DNA of 64,000 nucleotides from an uncultured Myxococcales bacterium (GCA_903847405.1 CAINDP010000153.1:4121-68120); one strand, 5' to 3'. Positions 46,406-55,016 are shown, counted from the stretch's first letter. Translations and numbers: made by a program. The notes: generated by a model not told the origin, from the sequence alone.

Positions 46406-46579
46406 CGACTTGCGCAGAGCAGCGTCCGACAGGGGCGCTCGCCAGAGGTCGCACCGATGCCTCCTCAGGTTGCAGTTCTGCGACCTTGATGGGAGTAAAC
46501 GCTGCGTTCCCGGTTGAAGGCTTGCGTTAGTGGGCAGATGCTAATAACTTCCCCTGGGTCAAACGGTGGAGGCTACCCC

Positions 46580-47938
46580 ATGGGCTGCGGTTTTCGAAAC
46601 GATCAAGGCGCGGACGGCATTGACGGAAACGGGCCCGAGGCGTTGGCCAAGCCCGACGACCTGGCCCGCGCTGCGATGCGTCTGATTCCCCATAAGGTGC
46701 TGGTGATGAGCGGGAAAGGGGGCGTCGGCAAGACGACGGTCGCCGTCAACCTCGCGTACGCCCTGGCTGCCGCCGGCCACAAGGTCGGGATCGTGGACGC
46801 GGACATGCACGGTCCCGATGTACCGCTGATGACCGGGATCGAGGGACTGCGGGCCGAGGCCAGCGACGAGGGGTTGATCCCCATCGAGGCTCCCGGCGGG
46901 GTCCGCGTCCTGTCGGTGTCCTCGTTCCTGACCTCCCCCGACGCCCCGGTGATCTGGCGCGGTCCGGCCAAGACCGGCGTCATCGCCCAGTTCCTGGGCC
47001 TGGCCGACTGGGAAGGCACCGAGGTGCTGATCGTGGACTGCCCCCCCGGAACCGGGGACGAACCCCTGTCCGTGGCCCAGATGATCCCGGACGCCGACGG
47101 CGTCGTGATCGTGACCTCCCCGCAAGGCGTGTCGCTGCTGGACAGCCGGAAGTGCGTCGGCTTCGCCCGCCAACTGGACCTGCCTGTGCTGGGCATCGTC
47201 GAAAACTTCTCGGGGTTCGCATGCCCGGGTTGCGGCCGCCGCATCGACCTGTTCAAGCGGGGCGGGGGCCAGCGCGCGGCGGCGGAACTGGGCATCCGCT
47301 TCCTGGGCAGCATTCCCATCACCGAGGCGATGGTCGAGGCAGGCGATTCGGGGCACCCCCTGGTGGCTTCGACCCCTGACGACCCCGCATCCCAGGCCTT
47401 GGCGGCCATCGCCCTGGCGATAACGGCCGACTGGGCGACCTCGGACGCCGTCGCGGCGGACTCCGATGCGGACCGGGCTCTTCCGCCGAAAGCCCTGGGC
47501 ACCCTGCGCCTCGGCGTGACGGCCGAGGACGACGCGGGCCTCGACGCCGTGATTTCCGGCCACTTCGGCCACGCTCCGGTCGTGATGGTGGTCGAGGTCC
47601 AGGACGGGAAGGTCCTGTCGGTGAAGCCGGTGGTCAACCCCGGCGCGACCAACCACCAGCCGGGCCAGATGCCCCGATTCCTGAAGAGCCTGGACGTGGA
47701 CGTGGTGCTGACGGGAACGATGGGCGAGCACGCGAAGTCCATGTTCGACGCCTTCGGGATCAAGGTCGTAGGCGGAGCGGACGGCACGGTGGGCCAGGCC
47801 CTGAACGCCTGGATACGTGGGGATCTGGCTGTGTGGGTCCCCTGCGGAGCCCACGGACACCACGGCGGCGGGTGCGGCGGCCACGGGCATGATCACGCTG
47901 GCGGCGGTTGCGGAGGCCACACCTCCGGACAGGACTGA
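46580..47938 (+). CDS. Mrp/NBP35 family ATPase fused to C-terminal NifX/NifB-type (FeMo-cofactor-binding-like) domain and His/Gly/Cys-rich tail
   Basis: SGKGGVGKTT, CPGCGRR; C-terminal domain GHFGHAPVVMVVEVQDGKV...VDVVLTGTMGEHA; tail CGAHGHHGGGCGGHGHDHAGGGCGGH. Confidence 0.85.
   Translation: MGCGFRNDQGADGIDGNGPEALAKPDDLARAAMRLIPHKVLVMSGKGGVGKTTVAVNLAYALAAAGHKVGIVDADMHGPDVPLMTGIEGLRAEASDEGLIPIEAPGGVRVLSVSSFLTSPDAPVIWRGPAKTGVIAQFLGLADWEGTEVLIVDCPPGTGDEPLSVAQMIPDADGVVIVTSPQGVSLLDSRKCVGFARQLDLPVLGIVENFSGFACPGCGRRIDLFKRGGGQRAAAELGIRFLGSIPITEAMVEAGDSGHPLVASTPDDPASQALAAIALAITADWATSDAVAADSDADRALPPKALGTLRLGVTAEDDAGLDAVISGHFGHAPVVMVVEVQDGKVLSVKPVVNPGATNHQPGQMPRFLKSLDVDVVLTGTMGEHAKSMFDAFGIKVVGGADGTVGQALNAWIRGDLAVWVPCGAHGHHGGGCGGHGHDHAGGGCGGHTSGQD
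46655..47395. repeat. approx 740-bp segment about 90% identical to 34305..35040
   Basis: Direct nucleotide comparison. Confidence 0.8.
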
Positions 47939-47982
47939 AGCGGGCGACTCGCCCGCCGGACCTGCCCGCCAGGCCCCTCCCT

Positions 47983-48012
47983 CTTGACGCGCCATCATGG
48001 ACCATTCATATT
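47983..48012 (+). promoter_or_regulatory. candidate sigma-70-type promoter TTGACG-N17-CATATT upstream of SQR-like gene, embedded in direct repeat CATATTTC(x2)
   Basis: -35/-10-like hexamers with 17-nt spacer about 60 nt before ATG 48077; AT-rich island. Confidence 0.35.
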
Positions 48013-48076
48013 TCGCATGTGGCATATTTCTAGCGCGCCACGTGTCCAACGGTTCCATCGGGCCAAGGGGGGGTTC

Positions 48077-49246
48077 ATGAAAGCGCTGATCCTGGGAGGC
48101 GGCATCGGGGGCATCGAGGCGGCGATCGCGTTCCGCAAGGAGGGTTTCGAGGTCGAACTGGTGTCGGACCGGGAGTACCTTTTCGTCTACCCGATCGCCA
48201 TCTGGATCCCGGTCGGCACGGCGCGATTCGAGGATGTGGCCGTACCGCTGGACGATCTGGCACGCCGGCACGGTTTTTCCTGGACCCTGGACCGCGTCAC
48301 GGCCATCACCCCCGACACGGGAAGCATCACCCTGGAAAAGGCGGGGGAGCGCAGGGACTTCGACATCCTGGTCCTGGCCCTGGGTGCGGGCAAGATGAAG
48401 CACGAGGGGATGCAGAACACGCTGTCGATCTGCGGCGCACCCCAGCAGTCCCTGGCGCTGAAGGCGCGCATCGACGCGTTGATCCTGCAGGGCGGCGGCC
48501 GCATCGCCGTGGGTTTCGGCGGCAACCCGAAGGACCCCAGCGCGGTTCGCGGCGGGCCGGGCTTCGAGTTCGTCTTCAACCTGCACCACGTCCTGAAGAA
48601 GCGTGGTATCCGGGACCGCTTCACCCTGACGTTCTTCGCACCCATGGCCGAACCGGGCGCCCGGATGGGGCCGAAGGCGCTGGGGATGCTGGGGAAGATG
48701 TTCACCCGGTGCGGCATCCAGACACATTTCGGCAGCAAGATCCTAGGGTTCGACCCGGACGGCGTGCGCTTCGAGGATGGCAGCAAGGTCGACAGCGACC
48801 TGACGATGTTCATCGCGGCCGGCGACGGGCACCCCGTGATCAAGGCCTCGACGCTGCCCGTCAACGACGCCGGGTTCGTCCGGACCAACGACTTCCTGGA
48901 GGTGGAGGGCCGGCCGGGCTGGTACGCCGTGGGCGACACGGCTGCCCTGGAGGGCCCCGACTGGAAGGCGAAGCAGGGGCACGTGGCCGAGGTCATGGCA
49001 CGTCAGGCCGCCCACAACGCAGCCGTCACGCACCTGGGCCGAAGCGGCACCCGGCGCGGCTACCAGGCGCACCTCAGCATCCTGTGCGTGATGGACATGG
49101 GCAACGGCGCGGGCTTCGTGCACCGGGACGACCGGAAGGCCCGCCTGTGGTCGCTGCCGTTCGTGGGCCACTGGATGAAGAAGGGCTGGGGCTGGTACTA
49201 CCGGAACAGCAAGATGCGCTATTTCCCCCGACTGCCCGGAATGTGA
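48077..49246 (+). CDS. FAD-dependent pyridine nucleotide-disulfide oxidoreductase, sulfide:quinone oxidoreductase (SQR)/NDH-2-like
   Basis: N-terminal dinucleotide fold MKALILGGGIGGIEAA; second Rossmann; size and architecture of SQR/FCSD flavoproteins. Confidence 0.7.
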   Translation: MKALILGGGIGGIEAAIAFRKEGFEVELVSDREYLFVYPIAIWIPVGTARFEDVAVPLDDLARRHGFSWTLDRVTAITPDTGSITLEKAGERRDFDILVLALGAGKMKHEGMQNTLSICGAPQQSLALKARIDALILQGGGRIAVGFGGNPKDPSAVRGGPGFEFVFNLHHVLKKRGIRDRFTLTFFAPMAEPGARMGPKALGMLGKMFTRCGIQTHFGSKILGFDPDGVRFEDGSKVDSDLTMFIAAGDGHPVIKASTLPVNDAGFVRTNDFLEVEGRPGWYAVGDTAALEGPDWKAKQGHVAEVMARQAAHNAAVTHLGRSGTRRGYQAHLSILCVMDMGNGAGFVHRDDRKARLWSLPFVGHWMKKGWGWYYRNSKMRYFPRLPGM

Positions 49247-49389
49247 TCCCCCCCAGGCCGGCGAACCTGCGATCCACGATCCCGTGCGATTCGATGTTCC
49301 GCTTGGCGGACGTCCGCGCTAGCATGCCGCAGCGGCAACCTGGGAACGGCTGACCGCCAGGCCGTCAGCAGCAGGGACTTCAACGGGGC

Positions 49390-51099
49390 ATGACCGTGGG
49401 TGGAACGGGGGGCGGTACCGCCGCGAAACTGGCGGCCTGCGGCCTGGTGCTGCTGCTGCTGCCGGTGGGTGGATGCATCCGCGAGCGGTGCTACCGGGAC
49501 CTGGATTGCCCGGCGCCGAAGGTATGCGGGGCTCAGGGAACCTGCGCCTGGCGGTGCGTCACGGCGGAGGATTGCGGATCCGGCTTCGACTGCGTCGCCC
49601 ACGCCTGCGAACCGCTGTCGGTGATCCCGGATTCGGGCCGGGAGGTCGGTGACGACGTCCCGGTGTCCGAACCCGAGTGCCCTGATGACATGGTGCTGGT
49701 ATCGAAGTCCTATTGCCTGGACCGCTACGAGGCGTCGCGAACGGACGCAACGGCGACCGGGCCCGGGGCCGATGGTTCCCGGGCCACGTCCCGGATGGGG
49801 GTGCTGCCCTGGCAGGTGGTGGACAACGCGACGGCCGCGGCGGCCTGCGTTGCGGCGGGCAAACGATTGTGCTCGCCGGCCGAGTGGGAGTACGCCTGCC
49901 ACGGTCCCGACGGGACCGAGTACGCCTATGGCAACGCCTACGCATCGACTGCCTGCAACGGGATCGACGCCTTTGGCGAGGGGGGCTTCCACCTGGCGCC
50001 CACCGGCTCGTTCCCGGGGTGCACGAATGGGTACGGCGCCTTCGACCTCAGCGGCAACCTGTGGGAGCACGTGGGGGAAGGCAGCGACATGACGGTCCGG
50101 GGCGGGGCCTTCAACTGCCGGGACTCGGCAGCATTGCACCGTTGCGGCTACGTGCCCGGCACCTGGACCCCTTCGGCGCGCGGATTCCGGTGCTGTGCTG
50201 CGCCCACCTTCCCGGCGGGCCCGCCCGAGGTCCCCGACGAGCCCCTCCTGCAGGACCTGCCGGTCCCGGTTGACGCCGCCGACATCCCGGACGTGCCGTC
50301 GCCGATCGATGCGGGGCCGGACGGTGACGGCGGAGGCTGCCTGGATCCCGACACGCCCCCGGATGCCCCCCGCGACGTGGACGCCGGGCCGTCCGATCCG
50401 GGCGCCGTCGATCCCGGCCCCACGGACTCCGGCGCGACGGACCCCGGTTCCGTGCCCCGTTGCCCCGCAGACATGGTCCCGGTGTCACCCGCCGGTGTCG
50501 CGGCCTGGTGCCTGGATCGATACGAAGCCAGTCGGGACGACGCGACGGGTTCCTCGACCGGAACCTCCTCCCGCCCGGCCAGCCGTCCCGGGGTCCTCCC
50601 CTGGCAATCCGTCACGCTGGACGCCGCGCGGACGGCCTGCGCGTCGGCGGGCAAGCGCCTGTGCACGCCGGCCGAGTGGATCAGTTCCTGCGCCGGGCCG
50701 GCCGCGACCGCCTACAGCTACGGCAACACGTATGTGGCCGACACCTGCAACGGCATCGATGCCTTCTGCGATTGTGCGGGAGCCTGCGCCGCCGTGGCCG
50801 CCTGCCCCTACCCGCACTGCCGTGTCCAGGCGTCGCCTGCCCTGGACGGGGGCCCCTGCGGGGCGTCCTTCCACGTGGTCCCCACCGGCGCCTTCCCGGC
50901 CTGCACCAACGAATGGGGCGCCTTCGACCTGAACGGGAACGTGTGGGAGATCGTGGAGCACGGGGACGGCGTCGAACACTTCCACGGCGGGGCGTACAAC
51001 TGCTCGGACTCCGAGGCTCTGCACCGCTGCGACTACGACGCCACGTGGGGACCATCCGCAAGGGGATTCCGCTGCTGCGCCGACACGGAGCCGCCGTGA
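49390..51099 (+). CDS. lipoprotein with two tandem formylglycine-generating-enzyme (FGE/SUMF1)-family domains
   Basis: Lipobox LVLLLLPVGGC; repeated FGE-like blocks CLDRYEASR...GVLPWQ...GKRLC(S/T)PAEWE...GNLWEHV/GNVWEIV...GGAFNC/GGAYNC...RGFRCC twice. Confidence 0.75.
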   Translation: MTVGGTGGGTAAKLAACGLVLLLLPVGGCIRERCYRDLDCPAPKVCGAQGTCAWRCVTAEDCGSGFDCVAHACEPLSVIPDSGREVGDDVPVSEPECPDDMVLVSKSYCLDRYEASRTDATATGPGADGSRATSRMGVLPWQVVDNATAAAACVAAGKRLCSPAEWEYACHGPDGTEYAYGNAYASTACNGIDAFGEGGFHLAPTGSFPGCTNGYGAFDLSGNLWEHVGEGSDMTVRGGAFNCRDSAALHRCGYVPGTWTPSARGFRCCAAPTFPAGPPEVPDEPLLQDLPVPVDAADIPDVPSPIDAGPDGDGGGCLDPDTPPDAPRDVDAGPSDPGAVDPGPTDSGATDPGSVPRCPADMVPVSPAGVAAWCLDRYEASRDDATGSSTGTSSRPASRPGVLPWQSVTLDAARTACASAGKRLCTPAEWISSCAGPAATAYSYGNTYVADTCNGIDAFCDCAGACAAVAACPYPHCRVQASPALDGGPCGASFHVVPTGAFPACTNEWGAFDLNGNVWEIVEHGDGVEHFHGGAYNCSDSEALHRCDYDATWGPSARGFRCCADTEPP

Positions 51100-51113
51100 A
51101 CGCCATCGGGAAA

Positions 51114-52691
51114 GCGATGGTCGCGGCCCTCCTCGGGGGTCTGCTGCTGGGGCCGACGGGACCCGTGCTGGCCGGGGAGGCGCCCCTCCCCTGTCCGGAT
51201 GCCGCCTGCGCAACCACCCGGGCCGCCGACCTCCTGGACGCCGGGCAGGCCGCGGAGGCCCTGGCGTACCTGAAGGCAACGCGGCAAGCCTGGCACGAAG
51301 ACACGGGTCTGCGACGCCTGCTGGGCATCGCCTACCTGCGCGTCGGCAACGGCATCTGGGCCCTTCGGACCCTGGAGGCCGTGGTGGTCGATCATCCCGA
51401 CGACTGTGAGTCCCGTGCCTGGCTGGCCCGGGCGCACCTGGAGCGCGCCTCCCTTCCGGGCCTGGACGCGGCCCTGGACGCCCCCGCATGCAGCATGCGG
51501 GGCCCCGCCGCCACCCGGATGGACCTGCTGCGAACCCTGGCCGAGGGAACTCGAGGCGGGGACGCCGGGGCCGCCCTGGACGCCGCACGACGGCGCCTGG
51601 TCGCCTGGCCGGAGGACCGGGACGCGTTCGCCCCCGTCGCCCACCGGGCGGCTCCCGATGCCCTCCCGGACCTGGCCTGGCGCGTGGAGGTGTCCGGCGG
51701 CTGGACCTCCAATGCCTGGATGGCGTCGGCAACCGAGGACCCCGCCATCGCGGGCCGGGACGGCCGAAGCCCCTTCGTCGCCACGGACCTGCTGCTGCGG
51801 ACCACGCCCTTCACCGGCGCGATTGTCAGGCCCCTGGTGGAGGCACAGGTCCGGGGAATCCTCTTCACCGATGGCGACGTCCGGAACCAGTCCTGGCTGG
51901 ATTTGTCGGGACGCGCCGGCCTGGTCTTCCGGGACGCCCTCCCGCGCGTGACGGTGGCCTACCGGCCCGACGCGCTGCTGCTGGGCCGCGGTGACCGCTA
52001 CGACCCCGCGCCCGTGTGGTACCTGGTGGCACACCGGGGCGAGGTGGAAGTCGAGGTCCGCCCCTGGATGACCGTTTTCGCAGGTGCCGGGCGCCGGGGC
52101 TTCCGGGAGGAGGCCCGCTCGCGCGTCGAGGCCGACCTGGGCATGGCCGGGCGGGCCGGCACCGGACGGTGGATCACCGTGATGTGGGCCGCCTCGGGAA
52201 GGTCCTTTCACGCAGTGCGCCCGGCCTGGAACCTCTGGGGAGGCAGTGCCCTGCTGGGGATCCATGCCCGCCTGCCGAAGGGCTTTTCGGCCCGGGTGAC
52301 CGCCTCGGGAGGCCTGGATGCCTACCCTGACTCCGGCGGCGACCCGGGGGGCGGTGTCTTCGGGACGTCCAGGGACCGTCGTGATCTCTTCGGACGGGTC
52401 GCGGCCGCGGTCTGGAGCCCCGCCTTGTCCGGAGTCCGTGTGGGTCTTTCGTACGAGTTCGCGGGGCGCGACAGTACGGCTCCGCTTTTCGGCTACACGG
52501 ACCACCGGGTGGCTCTGCGGCTGGCCTGGTCCGGCGAAGCCCTCCTGATCCGCCCCGCGGCCACGACGACGAATCCTCGGCCGGCCTGGGGCTGGGGAGC
52601 GGACGGCGCGACCGGGGCCGCGGACGATCGGGTTCAGGACCTTCTGCGGCAGGACGAGCAGTCCCAGCGCTCGTCGTCGTGCGTGCAGTGA
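51114..52691 (+). CDS. hypothetical secreted protein (TPR-like N-terminal region)
   Basis: Signal MVAALLGGLLLGPTGPVLAG; Ala/Leu-rich helical repeats; no confident family assignment; start could be GTG 51096. Confidence 0.35.
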   Translation, partial: AMVAALLGGLLLGPTGPVLAGEAPLPCPDAACATTRAADLLDAGQAAEALAYLKATRQAWHEDTGLRRLLGIAYLRVGNGIWALRTLEAVVVDHPDDCESRAWLARAHLERASLPGLDAALDAPACSMRGPAATRMDLLRTLAEGTRGGDAGAALDAARRRLVAWPEDRDAFAPVAHRAAPDALPDLAWRVEVSGGWTSNAWMASATEDPAIAGRDGRSPFVATDLLLRTTPFTGAIVRPLVEAQVRGILFTDGDVRNQSWLDLSGRAGLVFRDALPRVTVAYRPDALLLGRGDRYDPAPVWYLVAHRGEVEVEVRPWMTVFAGAGRRGFREEARSRVEADLGMAGRAGTGRWITVMWAASGRSFHAVRPAWNLWGGSALLGIHARLPKGFSARVTASGGLDAYPDSGGDPGGGVFGTSRDRRDLFGRVAAAVWSPALSGVRVGLSYEFAGRDSTAPLFGYTDHRVALRLAWSGEALLIRPAATTTNPRPAWGWGADGATGAADDRVQDLLRQDEQSQRSSSCVQ

Positions 52692-52734
52692 CCGGCGCGG
52701 TGGGAGGCGGACGACAGCCTCCCGGGAGGACGGC

Positions 52735-53241
52735 ATGACCCTGCGGGACCTCCTCGTCGCGACCCGGGACGCCACCCTGGTCGCCGTCCTCGCGGTTGCA
52801 GCCGCGGCTGCGACAAACGCGCTCCGGGACGCCCCCTTCCCCTGGATTGCCGTCGCTGCCTACGACCTTTTCGTGCCCTGCCCTGAACCTCTGGGGGACG
52901 CGAAGGCCGTTTCCCCGATGGAGCCCATCGTACGCGCGGAGCGGACGCTGGTCGTCGATGCCCGGGACAGGGCGGCACACTCCGACTGGCACCTCTCTGG
53001 AGCAATGCACGTCCCCTTCGACTGGATCGACGCGGTCCCCGACGAGGCGGTGCGCCGGGTGGCGGCCTCGGGCGCAGCCGCGGTGGTCGTCTACGGCGAC
53101 GGAGGCGACCCCGACAGCGGCCGCGAACTGGCACGGGAACTGTCGGGACGCGGGGTCCGGAACGTCCACTACGTGGAGGGCGGCGCCCCTGCCCTGCGCG
53201 GCGACGGGCACCCCCCGGGCGCCGGGGAGGTTGCGCCATGA
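52735..53241 (+). CDS. rhodanese-like domain protein (no obvious active-site Cys)
   Basis: Rhodanese fold signatures (LVVDARDRAAHSDWHLSGAMHVP...VVVYGDGGD); signal/TM N-terminus. Confidence 0.55.
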   Translation: MTLRDLLVATRDATLVAVLAVAAAAATNALRDAPFPWIAVAAYDLFVPCPEPLGDAKAVSPMEPIVRAERTLVVDARDRAAHSDWHLSGAMHVPFDWIDAVPDEAVRRVAASGAAAVVVYGDGGDPDSGRELARELSGRGVRNVHYVEGGAPALRGDGHPPGAGEVAP

Positions 53242-53726
53242 CGTCCTTTTCGCGCTGCGCCGCCTGGCGCGGTCACGCGTACCTGGCGCTGGCGGCCCGC
53301 CTGTACCTGGCATGGGTCTTTCTGGCCGCCTGCGCGCACAAGATCGCGGACCCGGCGGCCTTCGCCGTGGACGTGGCCACCTACGGCATCCTGCCCCTCT
53401 GGGGCGTCAACGCCGTTGCCCACGTGCTGCCCTGGATCGAGGCCTTCGCCGCGGCGATGCTGATCCTGGGCCTGCGGGTCCGCGCCGCGGCCCTGCTGGT
53501 GGCTGGCATGATGGCGACGTTCCTGGTGGCGCTGTCCGTCGCGCTGGCCAAGGGGCTGGACATGTCCTGCGGATGCTTCGCGTCCACCGGGGCCGCCGAG
53601 GATCCCATCTCGTCCCTGACCCTGCTCCGGGACGGCGCCTGGATGGCCCTGGCACTGTACGTGTTGATCCTGGACCGGCGGCCCCTGGGACTGGACCGGA
53701 TCCTGGACCGAAGGAGGATTCCATGA
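53238..53726 (+). CDS. MauE/DoxX family membrane protein
   Basis: 4-TM protein YLAWVFLAACAHKIADPAAFAVDVATYGILP... typical of MauE/DoxX clan; ATGA overlap with upstream gene. Confidence 0.65.
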   Translation: MTSFSRCAAWRGHAYLALAARLYLAWVFLAACAHKIADPAAFAVDVATYGILPLWGVNAVAHVLPWIEAFAAAMLILGLRVRAAALLVAGMMATFLVALSVALAKGLDMSCGCFASTGAAEDPISSLTLLRDGAWMALALYVLILDRRPLGLDRILDRRRIP

Positions 53727-54562
53727 ACGCCCGTGCCGCCTTCGCCGCAGCCGTGGCATCCCTGCTGGTGGCCTTGCCGGCCCGCGCCCAGACGCCGGCC
53801 TGCGACGCCCTGTCCGCCCAGGCCGGGGAGGTGGCACGCCAGGTCCTGGAAAGCCAACCCCCCTACGAGGGGTGTGACCAGCCGATCGCGACGTGCCTGA
53901 AGAACAACCCCTCCGACCGACTGGCCCTGCGCCTGGCGGATTTCGTTTGCCGCCGGGCCGCATCCAGGCAGGATCGCGCCACGATCGAACGGTCCCTGGA
54001 ACGCCGGGCCCTTTCGATGATGCGCCCGGGCCGCCGCTACACCATCGAGGACGCCGCCTGGCCCATCGCGGGCTGCACCGCCGCGAAGGTGAAGGTTGTC
54101 GCCTACGTCTGTGCCCGGTGTCCCTTCTGCTCGAAACTGCTGCCCGATCTGCACCGGGAAATCACGGCCGGCCGCCTGGCGGGCCGGGTGGCCCTGACCG
54201 TGCGCCCCTTTCCCATCAAGTCCCACGCCAACTCCACAGAAGCCAACCTGGCCGTTGCAGCCGCCGCCGGCCTCGGCAAGGCCTGGGAGTACCTGCTGCA
54301 CGCCTACCGCCACTTCGACCGGTTCACGCCGGACGCCCCCGCGCGCTGGGCCGCAGACCTGGGCCTGGACGCAGCGGCCTTCGCCGCCGCCGCCGCCGGC
54401 CCCGCCGCCCGGGATTTCGTGGTGGCTGCCAAGAAGGAGGGGCTGAGGAACGGCGTTGAGGCGACCCCGACCCTGTTCATCAACGGGCGACGCTACGTAG
54501 GCGACCTGGACGTCGAAACCCTTGTCGATGTGCTGGAAGAGGAAGCCGAGGCCGCCCGCTGA
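53723..54562 (+). CDS. DsbA-family thiol:disulfide oxidoreductase (periplasmic)
   Basis: Signal MNARAAFAAAVASLLVALPARA; active site CARCPFC; AGGAGG SD; overlaps upstream stop. Confidence 0.75.
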   Translation: MNARAAFAAAVASLLVALPARAQTPACDALSAQAGEVARQVLESQPPYEGCDQPIATCLKNNPSDRLALRLADFVCRRAASRQDRATIERSLERRALSMMRPGRRYTIEDAAWPIAGCTAAKVKVVAYVCARCPFCSKLLPDLHREITAGRLAGRVALTVRPFPIKSHANSTEANLAVAAAAGLGKAWEYLLHAYRHFDRFTPDAPARWAADLGLDAAAFAAAAAGPAARDFVVAAKKEGLRNGVEATPTLFINGRRYVGDLDVETLVDVLEEEAEAAR

Positions 54563-54600
54563 AGTACACCACCGGTCCCATCGACGGATCGGAATGCCCG

Positions 54601-55011
54601 TCAACCGACCGCCGGATCTTCCTCGGATTCGCCTTCGCACTTCGGGCAGGCCTCCGGCGCCTCGCCCGGAGTCGCGTGGATCCAGACGTCCCGACATCGT
54701 GGGCAATGGTAGTTGCGGCCGTCTGCGTTCGGGTCCAATCCCTCGATCCGCAACGCCTTGCCGTGGACCAGCGCGTCGGCCACCTTCCTGCGGGCGATCT
54801 CGACAACACGGGCGAACGTCTGGCGGGACACACCCATGATCTCGGACGCCTGCTGCTGGTACATCCCCTCCAGGTCCGCCAGGCGGATCGCCTCGAACTC
54901 ATCCAGTTCCAGCACCACTTCGTCGAGGGCCGACATCGGGATTCCGCGAGGCTTGTAGTACGTCGCGACGGGGGCGGCTCCCACGCGTCGGGGACACTTG
55001 GGTCTGGCCAT
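54601..55011 (-). CDS. DUF134 (UPF0251) DNA-binding protein with C-terminal CxxC...CxxC zinc ribbon
   Basis: MARPKCPRRV...YYKPRGIP...EAIRLADLEGMYQQQASEIMGVSRQTFARVVEIARRKVADAL matches DUF134; CPRCRD...CPKCEG ribbon. Confidence 0.7.
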   Translation of the reverse strand: MARPKCPRRVGAAPVATYYKPRGIPMSALDEVVLELDEFEAIRLADLEGMYQQQASEIMGVSRQTFARVVEIARRKVADALVHGKALRIEGLDPNADGRNYHCPRCRDVWIHATPGEAPEACPKCEGESEEDPAVG

Positions 55012-55016
55012 CGTAT

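Noticed and set aside
46559-48727. 722-aa minus-strand ORF
   Set aside because: Antisense to mrp-nifX fusion and SQR genes
51033-54706. Minus-strand ORFs 51033..52775, 52174..53313, 53381..54706
   Set aside because: Antisense to secreted protein, rhodanese, MauE and DsbA genes
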